Assembly: GCA_045863395.1 (NCBI GenBank) | Contig: BTVJ01000011.1 | Coordinates: 1 to 64,000 of the forward strand | Direction: 5' to 3' | Source: Myxococcales bacterium | GTDB taxonomy: Bacteria; Myxococcota_A; UBA9042; JABWCM01; BTVJ01 | DNA length: 64,000 nt | Shown: positions 56,614 through 64,000 of the stretch, piece by piece | Layout of the letters: the number at the start of each line of letters is the position of its first letter | Position numbering within the stretch: the stretch's first letter is position 1 | Program-made: the position numbers and the translations under genes | The notes under the pieces: model-generated | Databases searched by the model: none | Seen by the model: only the letters and a program-made list of their open reading frames with translations | Told to the model about the DNA's origin: nothing

Positions 56614-57024
56614 TCAGGCGGTGCGCTCCTGCTTGCGGATCACGAGCTTCAGGCCGGACCAGACTTCGCTCACGGCGCAGACCTTGACGTCGACGAACCC
56701 GAGCGGCAGGGCGACGTCCCGAATCACGTCCTCCGTGATGTCCGTGGGCACCTTGGACGCCTTCTTGGGCCAGGACACCCACACGAAGCCGTCCTGCCGG
56801 AGCTGTCTGCGCAGCTCGGGGAGCAGACTCTCCAACGCGGCGCGCTCCACGACGAAGGCATGCACTGCCTGTAGCGGGTCGGGCGGAGTGGTTGCGAGTG
56901 ACACACCGGCCGGCACGTCTCCCAGCCAGACCGGATAGTCAGGCGGGGCACCGACGACCAGCAGCTCCATCGGAGGCACGAGGCCGAGCTTCGCGAAGAG
57001 TGGCTTGCCCGAGTATCCTGCCAT
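56614..57024 (-). CDS. DUF3052 family protein
   Basis: MAGYSGKPLFAKLG...WVSWPKKASKVPTDITEDVIR...LVDVKVCA-like...WSGLKLV. An RBS (GAGGAGG) precedes it. Confidence 0.88.
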   Translation of the reverse strand: MAGYSGKPLFAKLGLVPPMELLVVGAPPDYPVWLGDVPAGVSLATTPPDPLQAVHAFVVERAALESLLPELRRQLRQDGFVWVSWPKKASKVPTDITEDVIRDVALPLGFVDVKVCAVSEVWSGLKLVIRKQERTA

Positions 57025-57223
57025 CGTGTCCTCCTCCCTGCGTCGCGGGCGCCCTCTCGCACCATGCACGGAGCGGCCACCCGGCTCGCGGAGCATAGCG
57101 CGTGCGGCGCCCTCCGTCGACGGATACGGGCTGGCGCGCCTCCGTCCAGCGACCCCCTCCTCCGCCAGCTCTCGACGTGGTAGTCTCCCGTGTCGGCGGA
57201 TCACGGCGAGACGGAGGAAGGCG

Positions 57224-58732
57224 ATGCGCATCGGGCGTTCGGTGGGTCTGTGGGCGCTCGTCGCGTGTGCGTGCGACGAGCTGGTGCTCGTGCCGGGCGA
57301 GGGGGTGGATGCCCCGGGCCGTGGTGCCTCCTACGACGCCCTCGTGCGCGGCGGGGACGCCTCACCGGGAACGGACACGGGGTCCTGGGGCCGCGGTGGC
57401 ACGGACGGCGCCTCGCCAGGGTGGAGCGGTGACGCGGGCCTCCCGTGGGACGTCGGCGCTCCTCCGGGGGACGCCAGCGCCTGGGACGCCACCCCCTGGG
57501 ACGCCAGCGCCTGGGACGCGGGTACGCCCCCGGAGGACGCGGGCTCCCCGCTGTATGACGACTCCTCAACCGACGCCGGCCCTGGCGGTGCGGAGGACAT
57601 CCCCACCCCGCCGTTCCCCGACGCAGGCTCCCCCGACGCCGGCGAGCCGGATCCCCCCGACCCGTGCGCGACCGCGAGCTGCGAAGACGGCCTCTGGTGT
57701 ACCGCCGACTGGTGTACCGGCGGCGCCTGCCAGCACGCCCACGACGTGGGCTGCCTCATCGCCGGCGTGTGCTGGCAGGACGGTGACGGGAACCCAGCCA
57801 ACGGCTGCGAGCGGTGCTCCTCACTCGCCTCCCCCGGCGGGTGGACCTGGGACCCGGGCATCCCCATGGCCCCCTCCGCTCCGCCGGGCAGCGCCTCGAA
57901 CCGCATCGACGTGGCGACCCTCTCGTGCTCGGCCTGCGGCAAATCCTGCCCCGCGACGTCAGAGAAGTGCCTGTGTCTCGACGACTTCCAGGCGCTGAAC
58001 GCTCCCGGCTACCCCCACTTCCTCGCCCTCGGCACCGACACGTGGCGCCCCGCCGCCTGGGCGAAGGGCAACTTCGCCGCCGTCTACATCGACGACCTGA
58101 ACGGCCCGTACTTCGCCGGCAAGTCCGGGAAGCAGGCGGTGGACGAGCTGCTCGCCGCCGAGGCCGCGCAGTGGCCCGGGGGCCTCGCGTCCTGGTTCGT
58201 CGTCAACGAGATCTCCGCCGGAACGTGGCCGGCCAACAGCGCGTATCGCCAGTACGTCGTGGACTACGCAAAGGCGCTGAAGGCGGCTGGCAAGAAGCCT
58301 GTGATCCTGTCTCCTTTCGCGACCCCGGGGAATGCCTGGCCCGAGTGGAAGGAGCTGGCCGCGACGGCGTTCGTCGGCGCCGAGAGCTACAAGGAGACGA
58401 CCGGTGAGAAGGTCAACGCGAGCGGCAACTCGGTCGCCTACTGCAAGGCGGCCTACATGGAGACCGTCAACGCCTATGCCAGCGTGGGCGTGCCCCTCTC
58501 CAAGCTCTTCCTGGTCGAGCACTTCGGTCAGACGCCGAAGGGAGAAGCCTGGGGGCGCGCGGGCGTGTCGGCCGCCGGCTGGAAGAACGCGATCATCGCG
58601 CGGGGAAACGCTGCGAAGCAGATTGGCTTCGCGGGCTTCATCTCCTACGGGTGGGGCACGAACAAGCTCGGCGTCTCGGCCGCGGAGCGTCTGACCTTCG
58701 TCGAGGCCTACAACTCGGTGCCATTGCCCTGA
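57224..58732 (+). CDS. Lipoprotein with DA-rich linker, Cys-rich segment and an uncharacterised C-terminal alpha/beta domain
   Basis: Signal peptide ending ACA-C, DAG repeats and CEDGLWCTADWC. The C-terminal ~250 aa are globular. Confidence 0.7.
   Translation: MRIGRSVGLWALVACACDELVLVPGEGVDAPGRGASYDALVRGGDASPGTDTGSWGRGGTDGASPGWSGDAGLPWDVGAPPGDASAWDATPWDASAWDAGTPPEDAGSPLYDDSSTDAGPGGAEDIPTPPFPDAGSPDAGEPDPPDPCATASCEDGLWCTADWCTGGACQHAHDVGCLIAGVCWQDGDGNPANGCERCSSLASPGGWTWDPGIPMAPSAPPGSASNRIDVATLSCSACGKSCPATSEKCLCLDDFQALNAPGYPHFLALGTDTWRPAAWAKGNFAAVYIDDLNGPYFAGKSGKQAVDELLAAEAAQWPGGLASWFVVNEISAGTWPANSAYRQYVVDYAKALKAAGKKPVILSPFATPGNAWPEWKELAATAFVGAESYKETTGEKVNASGNSVAYCKAAYMETVNAYASVGVPLSKLFLVEHFGQTPKGEAWGRAGVSAAGWKNAIIARGNAAKQIGFAGFISYGWGTNKLGVSAAERLTFVEAYNSVPLP
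57468..57519 (+). repeat. 15-bp coding tandem repeat (about 3.5 copies)
   Basis: GGGACGCCAGCGCCT / GGGACGCCACCCCCT / GGGACGCCAGCGCCT / GGGACGC, encoding DASAW-DATPW-DASAW. Confidence 0.85.
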
Positions 58733-58855
58733 GACCGTGGCTACAGACGAGATCCGTGATCCCGACATCGGGCCCTGCGCGGTGGAACGTGGAAACTCGA
58801 GTCTCGTCCGCGAGCGCTCTACACGGGGGGCCTCCCGCCGAGGGAGTGCGCCAGC

Positions 58856-59401
58856 TCAGCGAATCTCGTGCAACACCGTGGGGCGGACGGCCTCCGTGAT
58901 GGTCTCCATGAGGTGCTCCGCGTCGGGCAGCCCATAGAGGAGCTTGTAGGGGGTCGTGCGGTCGGCGGACGTGACCAGCAGGTTGCCGTGGCCGAACAAG
59001 CGCAGGATGAGGGGCTTGTCGAGCTGCACGTCCGTCACGCGCACCAGCTCCAGGTTGTCTTTGCTGCGCGACAGGATCCCGCGCTCCTCCTGGATGCGCA
59101 GGGTCGTGATGCGGTAGCGGGTCGTCAGCAGGCGGAGGGACCCTATCACCAAGCTCCAGGCGGCCAAGAACGCGATGAACAGGAGCAGCCCGTGGACGGC
59201 CCACCAGAGGGCGCGGCTTACCTCCTCCGGCGCAGCCTCCGGCAGCGCGGCCAGCGCCTGCGCGAGCCAGCGGTCGGTGTGGTTGAAGTGCAGGAACAGC
59301 GCCCCGCCGCCCCAGAGTGTGCATCGCACGACCTTCCCGACGAGCAGCAGAGGGGACGGCCGCCCGTCGAATAGCACACGCTCATCGCCACTGCCCCGCA
59401 T
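58856..59401 (-). CDS. Membrane-flanked bacterial PH domain protein (bPH_2)
   Basis: Two TMs followed by TRYRITTLRIQEERGILSR...LVRVTDVQL..PLILRLFGHGNL. An RBS (GAGGAGG) precedes it. Confidence 0.82.
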   Translation of the reverse strand: MRGSGDERVLFDGRPSPLLLVGKVVRCTLWGGGALFLHFNHTDRWLAQALAALPEAAPEEVSRALWWAVHGLLLFIAFLAAWSLVIGSLRLLTTRYRITTLRIQEERGILSRSKDNLELVRVTDVQLDKPLILRLFGHGNLLVTSADRTTPYKLLYGLPDAEHLMETITEAVRPTVLHEIR

Positions 59402-59661
59402 CGATCACCTCCTCGTGTTCCACCGTTCTACACCCCCCGCTACCGAGAGGTCCAGCCGCTCTCGGTCCACGGCCCCCTCGCGCCCCCTCCGGCCTGCACC
59501 GGCGCCCGCCGCGGCGCGTCAGGCTCCCAGCAACCATGCCGGCGAAGCCCCGGCCGCACGTCCCGCGGCCCCCGAGCCGGCGCCCGAGCAGCGGCGCGCG
59601 GGTCGACCGGCCAGCACGCGCTGTGCTAGGGTAGCGCCGGACGGCACACGAGGAGGAACGC

Positions 59662-60495
59662 ATGTCGCTCAAAGGCAAGGTGGCGATCATCACGGGGGCG
59701 AGCCGGGGCATCGGCAAGGTCATCGCGCTGGCGCTGGCGCGCGAGGGGGCGGACATCGTCGTCGCGGCGAAGTCCGTGGAGGAGGACGAGCGCCTCCCCG
59801 GCACCATCCACGAGACGGTGGCCGAGGCGCAGGCGCTGGGGGTGCGCGGCCTGGCCGTGCAGACCGACGTGCGCGACGAGCAGGCCCTGGACCGGCTCGC
59901 CAAGACCACGGCGGACACCTTCGGGCGCATCGACATGGTGATCAACAACGCGGGCGCCCTGTGGTGGCGCAAGGCGCTGGAGACGCCGGCCAAGCGCTTC
60001 GATCTGGTGATGGACGTCAACGTCCGCGCCTCCTTCCTGCTCGCCTGCGCCTGCGCGCCGGTGATGATCGCGCAGGGCGGGGGGCACGTGCTCAACATGA
60101 GCCCGCCACTGGACACCAACCCCCACCCGGGCATGATCGCCTACACGATCAGCAAGTTCGGCATGACGATGGTGGCCCAGGGGCTGGCGGTGGAGTGGAA
60201 GCCCCACGGCATCTCCGTCAACGCGCTCTGGCCCGCGACCATGGTCGAGAGCCAGGCGACCATCAACTGGGGCATGGGGGAGCGCCGGGTCTGGCGCAAG
60301 CCCGAGATCATCTCCGACGCGACCGTGGCCCTCATGCACACGGAGCCGGGCAAGGTCACCGGCCGGGCGCTCATCGACGAGGACTTCCTGCGGGAGCAGG
60401 GGGTCACGGACTTCTCGTCCTATCGCTGCGACCCCGACCACGAGCCGCCCCGCATCGACTACTCCCAGATCGCGCAGCTCATGAGCATGATCTGA
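59662..60495 (+). CDS. Short-chain dehydrogenase (HSDL2-like SDR)
   Basis: TGASRGIG, VVAAKS...LPGTI, INNAGA, NMSPPL, YTISKFGM and VNALWP. Confidence 0.92.
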   Translation: MSLKGKVAIITGASRGIGKVIALALAREGADIVVAAKSVEEDERLPGTIHETVAEAQALGVRGLAVQTDVRDEQALDRLAKTTADTFGRIDMVINNAGALWWRKALETPAKRFDLVMDVNVRASFLLACACAPVMIAQGGGHVLNMSPPLDTNPHPGMIAYTISKFGMTMVAQGLAVEWKPHGISVNALWPATMVESQATINWGMGERRVWRKPEIISDATVALMHTEPGKVTGRALIDEDFLREQGVTDFSSYRCDPDHEPPRIDYSQIAQLMSMI

Positions 60496-60556
60496 CGCCC
60501 GCCCTGGGGCCCTCCTTCTGGGGTGTCGGCCCCTTGGGGGGGCGCCCCCCTGCGGG

Positions 60557-62059
60557 TCAGGGCGCCCCGAAGACGGTCGCCGCGGTCGTGGCCCAGTTGA
60601 GGCTCGGGACGGCGATCACCACCGGCGCGTCACCGGCGGCGGCGACGGGGTTGTAGAAGGTGCCGAGCCACGGGGGCTCCAGATTCACGGTCTTGGGCGG
60701 GCCCGCGGGGTGCCCGAGGCCGTCCAACTCCTGAACGAAGGCGTCCGTCGTCTCCCAGGCGTGGTAGCCGAGCGCGAAGCCGCCGGTCGCCGGAACGGAG
60801 ACGACTCGGGGCACTCCGGCTCCGTCCGCCGGAGAAAGTGTCACCACCCCAGTCTCGAGGACCGTCCCGTCCAGCGCGACCCAGGATGTGCGCAGGGTCT
60901 TCGGGTGGCCCCACACCACGAGCCAGGCCAGGCGCGCCTGCGACCACGCCAGGGTGGGGCGCTCGTAGGCAGTGTTGCCGATGCGCGCGAGCTCGATGGG
61001 CCCCCCGATGGGCTCCCCGGTGGTCGCGTCCAAGAGGCGGGCCCGGTAGCCGCAGTCGAGGGTCCCACCGACAAGATCGTAGTCACCGTAGGCGACCAGG
61101 AAGCGTCCACTCCCCTCCGAGCCCGCGACGGAGGCGGGCATCTGCCAGTATGACTCGCCGCCGACTCGCACCTCGGGCCCGAGCGTCCCATCGGGCGCGA
61201 CGGTCTTCCCGAACAGGTGGCGCGCCTCCGGCCCGACGGCGGGCACGTCCCGGTCATCGGAGTACGTGACGAAGAAGGTCCCCCCGCTGCGCTCCCAGGC
61301 CACGGCCGGCGCGTACTCCTCCCGGTCGGGCGTGTCCGTGATGCGGAAGCTGGGTCCCGCCTGGGCGACGCTCGGCGCCCCGCCGGCGGTCAGTGGCTGC
61401 CCCCAGATCTCCCGGGGGCTGGCGTTGCCGTTGCGGTCGTCCTCGAGCACCAGGAGCAGGGACGACGGGCCGTCGTCGCGGGCGGCGATCTCGCGCTCCA
61501 GGGAGTACTGCCCGGTCTCGGTCACGCCCTCCACGTCCAAGGAGGGGCTCGCGACCAGCGCTCCATCCCACCGCAGGGCCACCACGCGCGTGCGGAATGA
61601 GTCCGGGACGACGTAGCCGTAGGCGACGACGAAGACGGAGGACGCCGGGTCCCAGGTGACGACCGGGGTCCGCACGCCCTCCGGGCCCGAGATGGTCTGG
61701 CCCGTGACCTTCGCCACGAGGGAGCCTGGCGCGACCCCGGGCGGCCCCGTGTCGACCGGGTGGGCGGCGTCCTCGGGGCCCGCGGGCCCCGAGTCTGTCA
61801 TCACCACGTCGGCGACAGCCGCATCGGGCCCTGCGCTGGCGTCGGCGGGGCGACGCGGTGTGTCCGCACGCGGCTCGAAGGTGTCCACGGGGAGGCTGTC
61901 TGCGACGTGAGGCACATCGGCCGCGCCCCACCGCAGCGGCACGTCGGGCGCCGGTCCCGCGTCGGTGCCTGGAGCGTCACCGCCGCACGCCGTCCCGAAC
62001 GCGACGCTGAGACCGAGGAGGGCCAGCCGCGGGCGGCGCCATGGCGAGTCGTGGTTCAT
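60557..62059 (-). CDS. Lipoprotein with a probable beta-propeller
   Basis: Lipobox GTA-C and a D/P-rich linker, then about 7 repeats of P-x-(V/L)A(W)...F(L/V)V(A/T/V)(Y/W). Confidence 0.7.
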   Translation of the reverse strand: MNHDSPWRRPRLALLGLSVAFGTACGGDAPGTDAGPAPDVPLRWGAADVPHVADSLPVDTFEPRADTPRRPADASAGPDAAVADVVMTDSGPAGPEDAAHPVDTGPPGVAPGSLVAKVTGQTISGPEGVRTPVVTWDPASSVFVVAYGYVVPDSFRTRVVALRWDGALVASPSLDVEGVTETGQYSLEREIAARDDGPSSLLLVLEDDRNGNASPREIWGQPLTAGGAPSVAQAGPSFRITDTPDREEYAPAVAWERSGGTFFVTYSDDRDVPAVGPEARHLFGKTVAPDGTLGPEVRVGGESYWQMPASVAGSEGSGRFLVAYGDYDLVGGTLDCGYRARLLDATTGEPIGGPIELARIGNTAYERPTLAWSQARLAWLVVWGHPKTLRTSWVALDGTVLETGVVTLSPADGAGVPRVVSVPATGGFALGYHAWETTDAFVQELDGLGHPAGPPKTVNLEPPWLGTFYNPVAAAGDAPVVIAVPSLNWATTAATVFGAP

Positions 62060-62348
62060 GTTCCCTGACCTCCAGGGTGGGCGAGGCCGCGCAGGGTCGC
62101 GTCGCGCGTCCCCTCTGGGGGGCCGACAGCGCCACCCTCCCGCCTCTGCTCATGGGGATCAGCGTAGTCGTTTGGGGGCGCTCCAGGCAACCAGGGAGGC
62201 GGACGCCGCGCGCGCGTCTGTGATTGGCCAGAGCGCCCGCGGCCGGCCCCGCCCCGCGGCGTTCGTGCACCACAGGAGGCATGCTGGGCGGGGCCGGCGC
62301 GGACGTGGGGCGGGGCCGCGTGGGCAGCCCCGGCGAGGTTGTCGCGGC

Positions 62349-63875
62349 TTACTTGGCTGGCAGGATCTTTGCGGTGGAGCCGTCGGGGAGCTGGGCGAGG
62401 AGGAAGACCGCGCCTCCGTCGTTGACGGCAAAGACGTTGACCACCACGCCGGCGGGCAGGGCGGGGGTCTCGAAGACGAGGTCCGGGCTGGCGTCGTCGT
62501 CCACGTCGACGCCGAGGGTGTAGGCGCCGGCCGGCAGGTCGAGCCAGCCGCTGGCGGCGCCGAAGTCGAAGTCGGGGACCAGCGGGGCGGGGTCGCCAGC
62601 GGCCGGGATGTTCCAGATGTCCACCTGCCCGACGCCAGCGGCGGCGTGGATGGCGCGGACGCGGATGTTGCCCGCCGCCAGGCCCTCGTAGTCGTCGACG
62701 AGGGCCATGGCCTTGATGGAGGCGAGGGTGTCGTAGGCGACGGCGGTGTAGGAGACCCCCGCATCGAGGGGCAGGTCTACGGCGAGGACGGAGTCGGCCG
62801 CGGTCGCGCCCGCGGGCGCCACGTCGAACCCATAGGTGCCCGCGGGCAGGTCCAGGTAGCCGGTCCCGTCGGGGAAGGCGAGGCCGCTGACTGCTGGTGC
62901 GGGGCCGTCGTTGGCGAACACGTCGACCGCCGGGGCGTCGGGCGACAGGTGGAGCACCCGGATGCGCGCCGGCTCGGGCTGCGCACCCTTCGCGTCAATG
63001 CGGGCCGTGGAGCCGTCGGGGAGCTGGGCGAGGAGGAAGACCGCGTCCCCATCGTGGACGGCGAAGACGTTGACCACCACGCCGGCGGGCAGGGCGGGGG
63101 TCTCGAAGACCAGGTCCGGGCTGGCGTCGTCGTCCACGTCGACGCCGAGGGTGTAGGCGCCGGCCGGCAGGTCGAGCCAGCCGCTGGCGGCGCCGAAGTC
63201 GAAGTCGGGGACCAGCGGGGCGGGGTCGCCAGCGGCCGGGATGTTCCAGATGTCCACCTGCCCGACGCCAGCGGCGGCGTGGATGGCGCGGACGCGGATG
63301 TTGCCCGCCGCCAGGCCCTCGTAGTCGTCGACGAGGGCCATGGCCTTGATGGAGGCGAGGGTGTCGTAGGCGACGGCGGTGTAGGAGACCCCCGCATCGA
63401 GGGGCAGGTCTACGGCGAGGACGGAGTCGGCCGCGGTCGCGCCCGCGGGCGCCACGTCGAACCCATAGGTGCCCGCGGGCAGGTCCAGGTAGCCGGTCCC
63501 GTCGGGGAAGGCGAGGCCGCTGACTGCTGGTGCGGGGCCGTCGTTGGCGAACACGTCGACCGCCGGGGCGTCGGGCGACAGGTGGAGCACCCGGATGCGC
63601 GCCACCCCCTCACCCGAGCCCGTGTCACTCTCTGTCGCGTCACCACCCCCTGCGCCACCACCCCCAGCGTCGCCTGATCCGGTGTCGCCCGTGGCGCTGT
63701 CTCCCGTTGCGGCGTCGTCCGTGGTCGTGTCCGTCGTGCCGGGGCCTCCCGTGCCCGCGTCGGATGACACCGACACGTCTGCCATTCCTCCCGAGGCGTC
63801 GTCGTCGGCGCAGGCCGCCGCACCAATCATCACGAAGGCTCCCATCGCGAGCCAGGTGGCTGCTCGATCTCTCAT
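62349..63875 (-). CDS. DUF4397 domain lipoprotein with a duplicated module
   Basis: Lipobox AAA-C and a D/T/G linker, then two copies of RIRVLHLSPDAPAVDVFAN...GYLDLPAGTY...IRVRAIHAA..VGQVDIW. Confidence 0.88.
   Translation of the reverse strand: MRDRAATWLAMGAFVMIGAAACADDDASGGMADVSVSSDAGTGGPGTTDTTTDDAATGDSATGDTGSGDAGGGGAGGGDATESDTGSGEGVARIRVLHLSPDAPAVDVFANDGPAPAVSGLAFPDGTGYLDLPAGTYGFDVAPAGATAADSVLAVDLPLDAGVSYTAVAYDTLASIKAMALVDDYEGLAAGNIRVRAIHAAAGVGQVDIWNIPAAGDPAPLVPDFDFGAASGWLDLPAGAYTLGVDVDDDASPDLVFETPALPAGVVVNVFAVHDGDAVFLLAQLPDGSTARIDAKGAQPEPARIRVLHLSPDAPAVDVFANDGPAPAVSGLAFPDGTGYLDLPAGTYGFDVAPAGATAADSVLAVDLPLDAGVSYTAVAYDTLASIKAMALVDDYEGLAAGNIRVRAIHAAAGVGQVDIWNIPAAGDPAPLVPDFDFGAASGWLDLPAGAYTLGVDVDDDASPDLVFETPALPAGVVVNVFAVNDGGAVFLLAQLPDGSTAKILPAK
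62374..63603. repeat. Near-identical direct repeat (~597 bp x2, period 633 bp) inside the DUF4397 gene
   Basis: 62374-62970 and 63007-63603 match base for base except a few substitutions near one end. Confidence 0.95.
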
Positions 63876-63934
63876 GTCGACCTCACTGCGAGTTGTAGCT
63901 GAGTCCATCCATGCGTGCACATGGTTCGTTCATT

Positions 63935-63963
63935 GTTTTATCCACGCGTCCACTGTTTGTCAA
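63935..63963 (-). promoter_or_regulatory. Candidate sigmaA promoter of the DUF4397 gene
   Basis: The minus strand reads TTGACA-N17-TAAAAC with an extended -10 TG, in an AT-rich patch. Confidence 0.55.
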
Positions 63964-64000
63964 ATGTTGTTCGATCATGCTCGCGCTTTTCCAGCGGGCC

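Noticed and set aside
1..64000. tRNA, rRNA, tmRNA, SRP or RNase P RNA genes and IS transposases
   Set aside because: I found no recognisable signatures by eye in the intergenic gaps. A covariance-model scan would be needed to exclude divergent RNAs.

Overview
High-GC (roughly 70-75% by eye) bacterial chromosomal DNA, most likely Myxococcota or a related deltaproteobacterial lineage, judged from the Myxococcus-type Cys-rich repeats, a stand-alone PilZ gene and cdnL. The first 6.4 kb is a defence cassette: a type I restriction-modification operon (partial hsdM, hsdS, hsdR) translationally coupled to darT-darG, where darT carries an internal deletion plus a frameshift. Core genes follow: rpoN-ptsN-rapZ-ptsH-ptsI, rng, xerC-hslV-hslU, argD, coaE, bamD, cdnL and recJ. 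Interspersed among them are several proteins that keep their fold but appear to have lost catalytic or ligand residues (a CcsB/CcsA-like pair, an M20 hydrolase, an extended SDR). There is also a DUF2953-YtfJ-YtfJ module and a convergent glyco-modification cluster (GT2, B12 radical SAM, epimerase, PIG-L deacetylase, GT-C). The right half is dominated by a ~3960-aa lipoprotein with 14 lamin-tail-like domains and Cys-rich spacers, followed by accessory lipoproteins, including a DUF4397 gene with a near-identical internal duplication (633-bp period). I found no rRNA, tRNA, CRISPR array or transposase. All family calls come from motif recognition by eye, not database searches.
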